Positions 20,828 to 27,892 of a DNA stretch of 30,916 bases are shown here, one piece after another. The stretch covers positions 1 through 30,916 of the forward strand of contig CAZKRN010000040.1 of NCBI GenBank assembly GCA_964555165.1, in the 5' to 3' direction. Within the stretch, counting starts at the first letter, position 1, and every line of letters begins with the position of its first letter. Source of the DNA: an uncultured Methyloversatilis sp. (GTDB taxonomy: Bacteria; Pseudomonadota; Gammaproteobacteria; Burkholderiales; Rhodocyclaceae). The notes under the pieces are model-generated. The model did no database searches. It had not been told where the DNA came from and saw nothing but the letters and a program-made list of their open reading frames with translations. A program made the translations under genes and the position numbers.

Positions 20828-22039
20828 TCAGCCTTTCACACAGACGATCTGGCTGAGCGTATGGACGACTTCCACAAGCTCGCTCTGGGCCGCCATCACG
20901 GCATCGATGTTCTTGTACGCCATCGGAATCTCGTCGATCACATCGGCGTCCTTGCGGCATTCGACATGCGCCGTCGCCTTGATCTGGTCGTGCACCGAAT
21001 AGCGTCGCTTCGCCTCGTTGCGGCTCATGGTGCGCCCGGCACCGTGACTGCACGAACAGAACGACTGCTCGTTGCCCAGACCGCGGACAATGAAGCTGCG
21101 CGCACCCATGGAGCCGGGGATGATGCCGAGTTCGCCGCGCCTGGCCGATACCGCACCCTTGCGGGTGACCAGCAGGTCGACGCCGAAATGCTCTTCCCGC
21201 TGCACGTAGTTGTGATGGCAGTTCACGGCCTCCACGTCGGCGCGGAAGGGTTTTCCGATTACCGCGCGTGCGGCATCGACGACATGCGCCATCATCACGG
21301 CACGGTTGCGCCGCGCGAAATCCTGCGCCCAGCCGACCGCCTCGACGTAGTCATCGAAGTGCGCACTGCCTTCTTCGAAATAGGCCAGATCGCGGTCGGG
21401 CAGGTTTGCGATGTGTTGCCTCATGTCCTGCTGCGCCAGTTCGATGAAATGGCTTCCGATCGCATTGCCGACGCCACGGGACCCCGAGTGCAGCATGAAC
21501 CACACCTGCTGCGCCTCGTCGACACACACTTCGATGAAGTGATTGCCGGTACCCAGGGTACCCAGGTGCTTGCGGTTGTTCGTGTTGCGCAGACGGGGAT
21601 GCTTTTCGGCCAGACTGTCGAATCCCTGCGCAAGCGCGCCCCACATGGCATCGACTGCGGGAGGCGGCGTGTCCCACGCGCCCTTGTCGCGTCGACCGCG
21701 ACCGACCGTGCGGCCGTGCGGCACGGCGCGCTCGATCGCGCTGCGCAAGGCAAAGAGATTGTCCGGCAGGTCCGAAGCGGCGAGCGTGGTGCGCGCAGCC
21801 ATCATGCCGCAGCCGATATCCACGCCGACCGCGGCGGGAATGATGGCCCCCTGCGTCGGAATCACGCTGCCTATGGTCGATCCCTTGCCCAGATGCACGT
21901 CAGGCATCACCGCAAGATGACCGAATATGAAAGGCATGCGCGCAGTGTTCATGAGTTGGCGACGGGCTTCCTCTTCCACCGGCACACCTTCGGTCCACAT
22001 CTTGATCGGCTTTCCGCCGCTCACTTCGAGTATCTGCAT
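20828..22039 (-). CDS. rtcB: RNA-splicing ligase RtcB (3'-phosphate/5'-OH ligase)
   Basis: 'MPDVHLGKGSTIGSV', 'DIGCGM', 'NHAGRxxSR-like CSHGAGRTMSR' and 'HNYV' are RtcB metal and GMP-binding motifs. Start at ATG 22039 ('MQILEV...') with AAGGA RBS. The ORF-track start at 22126 is an upstream extension. Confidence 0.92.
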   Translation of the reverse strand: MQILEVSGGKPIKMWTEGVPVEEEARRQLMNTARMPFIFGHLAVMPDVHLGKGSTIGSVIPTQGAIIPAAVGVDIGCGMMAARTTLAASDLPDNLFALRSAIERAVPHGRTVGRGRRDKGAWDTPPPAVDAMWGALAQGFDSLAEKHPRLRNTNNRKHLGTLGTGNHFIEVCVDEAQQVWFMLHSGSRGVGNAIGSHFIELAQQDMRQHIANLPDRDLAYFEEGSAHFDDYVEAVGWAQDFARRNRAVMMAHVVDAARAVIGKPFRADVEAVNCHHNYVQREEHFGVDLLVTRKGAVSARRGELGIIPGSMGARSFIVRGLGNEQSFCSCSHGAGRTMSRNEAKRRYSVHDQIKATAHVECRKDADVIDEIPMAYKNIDAVMAAQSELVEVVHTLSQIVCVKG

Positions 22040-22122
22040 GATCCTGTCCTTTGTGCCGACCGAGGGCTTCGTGCCCCCGGCCCCGCTGCCCCATGCAGCG
22101 GGGCTCACTACGATCGCGGGCG

Positions 22123-23262
22123 TCAACCCGCCTTTATGGTCACCAGTCCGTCCAGCACCTGGTCGAGGCCACCGAACACGGATATCCGGTCGATACGCTC
22201 GGCCACCCGCTCCAGCGTCTCCAGCTCCTTCAGGCGCAAGGCGGTCGGGTTGTCCTCCATGACCTTGGCCGTGTTCAAGAGCGAACGGGTCGCGGCGGTT
22301 TCCTCGCGGCGCCGTATCACATTGGCCTGGGCCGACTTCTCGGCCTCGACCACCTGGGCCAGGATGGTCTTCATCTCGCCCGGCAGCACGATGTCCTTCA
22401 CGCCCGCGCTGTGCAGTTCGATGCCGAATCCGGCCATCCGCTTCAGCACATGTGCATTGACCACATCATCGATCAACTGCTTGTTCTCCAGCAGCTCGTC
22501 GAGCGTGCGGGTGCCCACGGCCTCGCGCAGTCCGAGCTGCAGTTCGCGGTACAGATGCTCTGCAGGACGGGCCAGCTTCTCGTGCGCCTGCAGCACGTCG
22601 GTGTAGCGCCAGGTCGCGGAAAGATTGATGCGCAGCCCGACCTTGTCGCGCGACAGGATTTCCTGCCCGCTCACCTCCATGCTCTGCAGGCGGGTATCCA
22701 CCAGTTCCACCTGCACATCGCGGTTGAAGCGCCAGAACGCCTCGACACCGGACGGCGTCAGTCGCTGGATGCAGCCGTCCTTCCGGAGCAGGCCCACGTG
22801 GTAGGGCGGAACCTGGACCACGAGGATGCCAGCGATGCCCAGCACGGGTCGACCACGCAAGGACGGCTGCAGAAGGTGGCTGGCAAGCGAAGCCGGCACC
22901 GCATCGGCTTCGCGCAGATCGACCCGTTCGAGTCGGTGGGTGGTCAGGCCCGACCACATCACGCGCCGCGAACCCGGCGGCAGCACCTCGACCAGCACAT
23001 CGTTCTCGTAGCGCAGACCCGCCTGATCCTCGCCCAGCACGAAATCGTGAAAGTGCATGCGGGCCTGTTCAGGTTCGCGGGCCAGCAGGTAGTCCACAAC
23101 CGCAAAGTCGACGTAAGGCTGTTCGGCCGACACGGTCTGTACCGAAAGGCGACGCAACGGATTCCAGAACACATAGCGGCCGGGTTCGAGCACGCGCTCG
23201 AAGTCTCCGTCGCGCAGCAACACGCCGCGTTCGTTCTTCTTCACCACATGACGCTTCAACAT
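22123..23262 (-). CDS. SPFH/band-7 (slipin-like) domain protein with a roughly 200-aa N-terminal region of unknown function; no N-terminal TM segment
   Basis: C-terminal half 'SRDKVGLRINLSATWRYTDVLQAHEKL...GTRTLDELLENKQLIDDVV...GIELHSAGVKDIVLPGEMKTILAQVVEAEKSAQANVIRRREETAATRS' is a typical SPFH core plus a coiled-coil tail. ATG 23262 is preceded by GGGGAGAAGAG. It is the first gene of the sigma54-promoted rtc operon. Confidence 0.75.
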   Translation of the reverse strand: MLKRHVVKKNERGVLLRDGDFERVLEPGRYVFWNPLRRLSVQTVSAEQPYVDFAVVDYLLAREPEQARMHFHDFVLGEDQAGLRYENDVLVEVLPPGSRRVMWSGLTTHRLERVDLREADAVPASLASHLLQPSLRGRPVLGIAGILVVQVPPYHVGLLRKDGCIQRLTPSGVEAFWRFNRDVQVELVDTRLQSMEVSGQEILSRDKVGLRINLSATWRYTDVLQAHEKLARPAEHLYRELQLGLREAVGTRTLDELLENKQLIDDVVNAHVLKRMAGFGIELHSAGVKDIVLPGEMKTILAQVVEAEKSAQANVIRRREETAATRSLLNTAKVMEDNPTALRLKELETLERVAERIDRISVFGGLDQVLDGLVTIKAG

Positions 23263-23492
23263 TTCTCTTCTCCCCAAGTGATACCGGTCATCACCGGCCC
23301 GGCGAACCCGCTGGCGACCCGCGCGGGGAGGCAGGCAACTGCAGACCGTGGCCCTAGGGCGTCGCGACGTGCGCGGCGATCGCGGACAGGTGCTGCCGGT
23401 CATCTGCCTTGCCGCATGGGCGGTCATGCTGGCTGGCCGGGCCGGCGTCGGCTGCTTGCGCGAGCCGCGACCGGCGGGTATTGCAACAACAG

Positions 23493-23640
23493 CTACAGGA
23501 GCAGGAGTCGAACCTGCGACACACCGCTTTCGCGGCTGCTCTACCTCTGAGCTATCCAGAAGGGCGTGCGGGGAATCGAACCCACGCGAACTCGCCAGAG
23601 CACGCATCCAGATCGCATTCACGGCTGCGGCATGCGCGCT
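23493..23640 (-). ncRNA. tRNA-like element(s) in the rtc operon leader (candidate Y-RNA / tRNA-mimic module)
   Basis: Minus-strand reading: '...GCGTGGGTTCGATTCCCCGCACGCCC | TTCTGGA-TA-GCTC-AGAGGTA-GAGC-A-GCCGCGAAAGCGG-TGTGTC-GCAGG-TTCGACT-CCTGC-TCCTGTAGC'. Perfect D-arm (GCTC/GAGC) with A14 and G18G19. Perfect T-arm (GCAGG/CCTGC) with a TTCGA loop. The anticodon arm is replaced by a CCGC-GAAA-GCGG tetraloop hairpin. A second, bulged T-arm-like hairpin (GGGTTCGATTCCCC) lies immediately 5'. No acceptor stem satisfying tRNA rules was found, so this is not a canonical tRNA gene. Confidence 0.4.
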
Positions 23641-23730
23641 GACAACAGGCACGAACCCGGTCATCGCGCACCAGAGGGCCTGAACACCCGTCTCGTGGGC
23701 ACTTGCAGTGAAGTGCGATCACAGCCTCTT

Positions 23731-23746
23731 CAGCCAGATGCGTGCC
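23731..23746 (-). promoter_or_regulatory. Sigma-54 (-24/-12) promoter of the SPFH-rtcB-rtcA operon
   Basis: Minus strand reads TGGCACG-catc-TGGCT, against the consensus TGGCACG-N4-TTGCW. GG and GC are at the correct 10-nt spacing, with a single mismatch at -14. Lies about 470 nt upstream of the SPFH start, opposite rtcR, whose product is a sigma54 activator. Confidence 0.55.
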
Positions 23747-23771
23747 AGGTCAAAATTTGCTGCGAAGAAGG

Positions 23772-23823
23772 GGGGCAACATATTGATTGGAAATGTGTTT
23801 ATCTCTTCATGTGGGTTGTTGCC
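23772..23823. promoter_or_regulatory. Inverted repeat GGGCAACA-N36-TGTTGCCC upstream of the sigma54 promoter; candidate RtcR upstream activating sequence
   Basis: 8-bp perfect arms, seen in sequence, about 30-90 bp upstream of the -24 element on the activator side. Classical enhancer position for bEBPs. A second dyad GCACTT-GCAGTG-AAGTGC at 23698-23715 lies in the transcribed leader. Confidence 0.35.
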
Positions 23824-23886
23824 CTGCGCATCCATGCCGACCATTGATAGAATTCAGTATCGCTACTTATATTTCTGGATAGCCTT

Positions 23887-25476
23887 GTGAAACGCATCGT
23901 GGTAATCGGCTTTCTCGGTACCCAGCTCGACTACGGCGGCCGGGGCAGTCAGCGTTGGGAGAAATGGAGACCCACCGTAAGCCTCTGCCAGCAACCGGAT
24001 CTGGTCGTGGGCCGGCTGGAGCTGCTGCACGATGCACGCAGCCGGGGCCTGGCCGAACGGGTGAAATCCGATATCGCATCGGTGTCGCCCGAAACCGACG
24101 TCAGGCGTGTCGAGCTCGAGTTGCGCGACCCGTGGGACTTCGAGGAGGTCTATACCGCCCTTCATGACTTCGCACGTGGCTACGCCTTCGACGGAGACAC
24201 GGAGGACTATCTGATTCACATCACCACCGGTACCCACGTTGCGCAGATCTGCTGGTTCCTTCTGGCGGAGTCGCGCTACATGCCGGCGCGCTTGTTGCAG
24301 ACCTCGCCGCCGCGCAAGAAGGACGGTGCCGACCCGGCCGGGCGTTACGAGGTGATCGATCTCGATCTGTCGCGCTACGACAAGATCGCCCAGCGCTTTC
24401 GTCGCGATCACGACGACAACCAGAGCTTTCTCAAGTCCGGTATCGCGACACGCAACAGCGACTTCAACGCGATGATCGAGCAGATCGAGCGCGTGGCGGG
24501 CGTATCACGTGCGCCGATGTTGCTGGTCGGCCCGACCGGCGCGGGCAAGTCCTTTCTTGCCCGACGCATTTACGAACTCAAGCGCTCTTGTCAGCAGCTC
24601 GCCGGTGCGTTCGTCGAAGTGAACTGCGCGACGCTGCGTGGCGATTCGGCAATGTCCGCGTTGTTCGGTCACGTCAAGGGCGCGTTCACCGGAGCCCAGG
24701 GCGATCGCGCCGGGCTGCTGCGCGCGGCCGACAAAGGCCTGCTGTTCCTGGACGAGATCGGAGAGCTTGGCGCGGACGAACAGGCCATGCTGCTCAAGGC
24801 CATCGAAGACAGGCGCTTCCTGCCCTTCGGCGGCGATCGCGAAACGAGCAGCGACTTCCAGTTGATCGCCGGCACGCACAGGGATCTTCGTCTGTGGGTG
24901 GAACAGGGACGCTTCCGCGAAGACCTCTACGCACGGATCAATATGTGGACCTTCGATCTCCCCGGCCTGTCGAGGCGTCGCGAAGACATCGAGCCCAACC
25001 TCGACTTCGAACTTGAGAAGTTCGCCCTGGAGCACGGGCGGCAGGTGCGATTCAACGCCGAGGCACGCCGTCGCTTTCTCGCCTGGGCCACCTCGGCCGA
25101 CGCGATCTGGCGTGGCAACTTTCGCGAACTCGGTGCCGCGGTCACCCGCATGGCAACGCTCGCCCGCAGCGGGCGCATCACGGAAGAACTTGTCGTCGAA
25201 GAGCTCGCGCGTTTGCGTACAAGCTGGGCGGCGCCGGCCGTGCAGGATCGTGTGGCCACCGTACTGGGCAGCGCCGCCGACAGACTCGACCTGTTCGATC
25301 GTTGCCAGCTTGATACCGTGCTGCGGGTCTGCAGCGACTCTGCCAGCCTGTCCGAAGCGGGGAGAAGGCTGTTCTCGGAATCGCGGCAGGCCAAGAAGCA
25401 GGCGAACGACGCCGACCGCCTGCGCAAGTATCTGGCGCGCTTCGGCCTCGACTGGGAGGCGGCCTCGCGCCGCTGA
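23887..25476 (+). CDS. rtcR: RtcR: CARF-domain, sigma54-dependent AAA+ transcriptional activator
   Basis: N-terminal 'MKRIVVIGFLGTQLDYGGRG' (CARF/Rossmann-like as in E. coli RtcR). Central 'LLVGPTGAGKSFLARRIY' Walker A, 'GAFTGA' sigma54-contact motif, 'LLFLDEIGEL' Walker B, 'RFREDLYARIN' R-finger region, C-terminal HTH. GTG start at 23887. Divergent from the sigma54 promoter. Confidence 0.9.
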   Translation: MKRIVVIGFLGTQLDYGGRGSQRWEKWRPTVSLCQQPDLVVGRLELLHDARSRGLAERVKSDIASVSPETDVRRVELELRDPWDFEEVYTALHDFARGYAFDGDTEDYLIHITTGTHVAQICWFLLAESRYMPARLLQTSPPRKKDGADPAGRYEVIDLDLSRYDKIAQRFRRDHDDNQSFLKSGIATRNSDFNAMIEQIERVAGVSRAPMLLVGPTGAGKSFLARRIYELKRSCQQLAGAFVEVNCATLRGDSAMSALFGHVKGAFTGAQGDRAGLLRAADKGLLFLDEIGELGADEQAMLLKAIEDRRFLPFGGDRETSSDFQLIAGTHRDLRLWVEQGRFREDLYARINMWTFDLPGLSRRREDIEPNLDFELEKFALEHGRQVRFNAEARRRFLAWATSADAIWRGNFRELGAAVTRMATLARSGRITEELVVEELARLRTSWAAPAVQDRVATVLGSAADRLDLFDRCQLDTVLRVCSDSASLSEAGRRLFSESRQAKKQANDADRLRKYLARFGLDWEAASRR

Positions 25477-25480
25477 CCGC

Positions 25481-25509
25481 GCGAGGCCGGGAGACGGTTC
25501 CTGCCTCGC
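25481..25509. terminator. Hairpin GCGAGGC-N15-GCCTCGC between convergent rtcR and the N-acetyltransferase gene
   Basis: 7-bp perfect stem located 5 nt after the rtcR stop. No strong U-tract. Confidence 0.35.
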
Positions 25510-25556
25510 ACCGCTCCGGCGTCGGCTTGTCGCGCGTCCCTTTCCAGGGTGCAGGT

Positions 25557-26378
25557 TCAGCCGGCGAACAGTGCGCGCAGCGGCTCGGCCAGGTCGGGCC
25601 GCTCGTCCAGCGGGAGCGAGAAGGTATCGCGCACAGCGGCGATCAGGGTATCGGCGCTGTCCAGCGTGCGGCGCGCGACGCTGCCATCGCTGCGGTACTC
25701 CGACAGTTCGCGGTTGAACAGCGTCCAGCGACGGTCGCGGCCGGCGCGTGCCAGCATCAGATTGCCGGTGAAGATGGACGCCGGGTGGGTGGACAGGAAG
25801 TAGCTGGAGGCGACGAAATCGCAGCCGTGCATTTCCTGCCGGCGCAGACGGTACAGCGCCTTCCAGTCCTCGCCCAGGCGCGCCGACAGCCACCAGTCTT
25901 CGCCACGCTGTTCGAGGCGGAAGGCGCCATGCGGCGTGTGCTGTTCGAGGCCGCTCTGCCAGCGCAGGCCAGCCGTGACGGTGAGACCGCCGAAGCCGAC
26001 ATCGACCAGACGCGAACCGTCCGGGGTGTCGACATCGAGCAGCATGTGGGACTGCGGCGTCAGCGCGTCGTCCGGCTGGTTCCACATGACGCGCGCGGCC
26101 AGTTCGCGTACCGGATAGCCGAGCGCGCGCAGCGCATCGGCGAACAGCCGCCCGTGCTCGAAACAGAAGCCGCCGCGCCGGGCGTCGATCAGCTTGGCGG
26201 CAACGCTTGCGCCGTCGACCTCGACCGCCCGGCTGCGGATCGGATCAAGGTTCTCGAAGGGAATGGCTATGGTGTGCGCGAGCACAAGCGCGTCCAGGAC
26301 GGTCGCCTCAGTGGAGGGCCGGGCTGCTGTCCAGCCTATGCGGCCAAGATAGGCATCAAGCGGAAAAAGGGCGGACAT
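25557..26378 (-). CDS. Arylamine N-acetyltransferase (NAT family)
   Basis: 'IPFENLD', 'RRGGFCFEHG' (catalytic Cys in the GG(F/Y)C(F/Y)E motif) and 'LLDVDTPDGSRLVDVGFGG' are NAT signatures. Start at ATG 26378 ('MSALFPLDAYL'); alternative at 26408. Confidence 0.85.
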   Translation of the reverse strand: MSALFPLDAYLGRIGWTAARPSTEATVLDALVLAHTIAIPFENLDPIRSRAVEVDGASVAAKLIDARRGGFCFEHGRLFADALRALGYPVRELAARVMWNQPDDALTPQSHMLLDVDTPDGSRLVDVGFGGLTVTAGLRWQSGLEQHTPHGAFRLEQRGEDWWLSARLGEDWKALYRLRRQEMHGCDFVASSYFLSTHPASIFTGNLMLARAGRDRRWTLFNRELSEYRSDGSVARRTLDSADTLIAAVRDTFSLPLDERPDLAEPLRALFAG

Positions 26379-26640
26379 GGTGCAGGGCGATGATCGACAG
26401 CCCGGCATGATGAGGCGACCCGGCCGGACCTCCTGCGCAACGCGTCACGAGTGCCGGATCGCCACCGGCAGGACTCTGCCGCAGCCCGCCTGCGCGAGAT
26501 TCCGCGCCTGACCGGCGCCCTCGGCCGGCGAGGCACGCTGTGGTGACTCGCCGCCGGAGCAAGGCGTGGGCGGACGCCCGCCTGCGCGAGGGCGCCCTGC
26601 TCCCGGCATCGACGCCACGGGTCTTCCCCCGCCAATGAGG

Positions 26641-26692
26641 AAAAAGCCCGCCGCCGCTTCGACCGCACCGAGACCACCGGCGCACCGCGGGC
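26641..26692 (-). terminator. Putative intrinsic terminator of phnA (minus strand)
   Basis: Minus strand reads GCCCGCGGTGCGCCGG...CGGCGGCGGGC followed by TTTTT (plus-strand AAAAA at 26641-26645), about 25 nt after the phnA stop. Confidence 0.4.
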
Positions 26693-26715
26693 CCGGCATC
26701 TGGCGCGACGGCCGA

Positions 26716-27054
26716 TCACACCTTCTTCACGAATTCCGACTTCAACTGCATCGAACCGAAACCATCGATGCGGCAATCGATGTCGTGGTCGCCCTCGACC
26801 AGGCGGATGTTCTTCACCTTGGTGCCCACTTTCAGCACCGAAGAACTGCCCTTCACCTTCAGGTCCTTGATCAGCGTGACGGTGTCGCCGTCCTGCAGCG
26901 CATTGCCGTGGGCGTCTTTCCACACCCGCTGTTCGTCGCTGGCGGCGGTCGCGGCGGGGCTCCATTCGTGGCCGCACTCGGGACAGACGAGCTGGGCGCC
27001 ATCCTGGTAAGCGAATCCGGAATTGCATTGCGGGCAGGGAGGAAGGGTGCTCAC
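26716..27054 (-). CDS. phnA: PhnA-family zinc-ribbon protein (YjdC/PhnA)
   Basis: '[31 protein letters not shown]' is a Cys4 zinc ribbon. The C-terminal '[55 protein letters not shown]' is PhnA-like. GTG start overlaps the upstream stop (GTGA). Confidence 0.85.
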   Translation of the reverse strand: MSTLPPCPQCNSGFAYQDGAQLVCPECGHEWSPAATAASDEQRVWKDAHGNALQDGDTVTLIKDLKVKGSSSVLKVGTKVKNIRLVEGDHDIDCRIDGFGSMQLKSEFVKKV

Positions 27055-27659
27055 GGGTGTCCTTGGAAAGAGGGGGTTGTGGTCTGTTGCGCTACCGCGT
27101 ACGGCAACAGCTTCTGCACGATAGCGAAGAACGTCAGTGTCGCCTGGTCGCTCTTGTCGGAGTCGACGCGCAAGGCAAACAGGTCGCGCACCTTCTGGTA
27201 GAAGCGCTGTTCCGAGGCACGGATGTCCCGGATGCGCGCCAGTATTTCATCGAAGTGGTCCGGCCGGCCATCCGGGTTCTTCAGGCGCTCGTCATCCAGC
27301 GCGAAGCCCTTGAGCAGGTATTCCTTGAGGACTGCGGGCGCCTAGCGGCGGAACTGCACGCCGCGCGGTGAGCGCACCTGATAGCCCACGGCGAGGATGG
27401 CGTCGAGGTTGTAGAGCGCGACCGGGCGCTTCACCTCGCGTGAACCTTCGATCTGAACTACCGAGGAATCCTCGGTAGTTGCCTCGCGACTCAACTCCGC
27501 ATCTTCAAAGATGTTCTTCATATGCAGGCCGACGTTGTCGGTCGTCACATCGAACAGCTCCGCCATTTCCCGCTGCGTGAGCCAGACGGTCTGATCCATG
27601 GCCCGCAACTTGATCTGGCTGCGCCCGTCTTCGGTCAAGTAGAGAATCAGTTCGCTCAT
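27054..27659 (-). pseudogene. RhuM-family (virulence protein RhuM / Fic-associated) gene interrupted by an in-frame amber codon and C-terminally short
   Basis: N-terminus 'MSELILYLTEDGRSQIKLRAMDQTVWLTQREMAELFDVTTDNVGLHMKNIFEDAEL...ALYNLDAILAVGYQVRSPRGVQFRR' then TAG (27344-27342). It continues in the same frame with '[57 protein letters not shown]...' to TGA at 27053-27051. RhuM proteins read '...SHRGTQFRQWATQRLREYLIKGF', so the amber replaces a conserved Trp (TGG to TAG). Total 201 codons, against about 330 in full-length RhuM. Confidence 0.6.
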
Positions 27660-27892
27660 GATGTTGTTTGCGGTACAGGTTCTGCTGCAATCACGGCGTG
27701 GGTTCGGCGGCGCGTCGCCGCCGCGATTGAAGCTGTTGCGTGCGTGCAGCCAAGCTCAGGCATGCGTTGTTCGACGGTCAGAATGCACTGAAACCTGTCG
27801 AGCAAATCGACACATGCGAAATTCGTGTTTAAAAACACGTCGAAAATCGACACGTCTTCCGGACGTGTCGATCACGTCGACGCGTTCCGCGC
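27660..27892. promoter_or_regulatory. Palindrome-dense intergenic region between fic (3' end) and the RhuM-like gene (5' end); putative promoter/operator
   Basis: CGTGTTTAAAAACACG perfect 16-bp palindrome (27826-27841). CGACACG-tcttccgga-CGTGTCG (27852-27874). Repeated AAATCGACAC half-sites (27807-27816, 27845-27854). Lower GC than flanks. Confidence 0.4.

Noticed and set aside
23493-23640. Possibility that the tRNA-like sequence is a bona fide tRNA gene or tmRNA
   Set aside because: No 7-bp acceptor stem can be formed with sequence flanking the D/T-arm module. The would-be anticodon arm is a 4-bp stem with a GAAA tetraloop. No CCA-compatible 3' end and no tmRNA tag-reading frame or pseudoknots are present. 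It is therefore called a tRNA-like element, not a tRNA gene.
23696-23709. Plus-strand 'TGGGCACTTGCA' as a sigma54 promoter for rtcR
   Set aside because: The GG and GC elements are adjacent (spacing 0) instead of 10 bp apart. The properly spaced sigma54 match is on the minus strand at 23731-23746.
27342-27344. Programmed stop-codon recoding (e.g. pyrrolysine or suppressor-dependent read-through) in the RhuM-like gene
   Set aside because: No pyl genes or recoding signals are apparent. The gene is also C-terminally short, so a simple nonsense mutation or pseudogene, or a sequencing error, is the more economical explanation.
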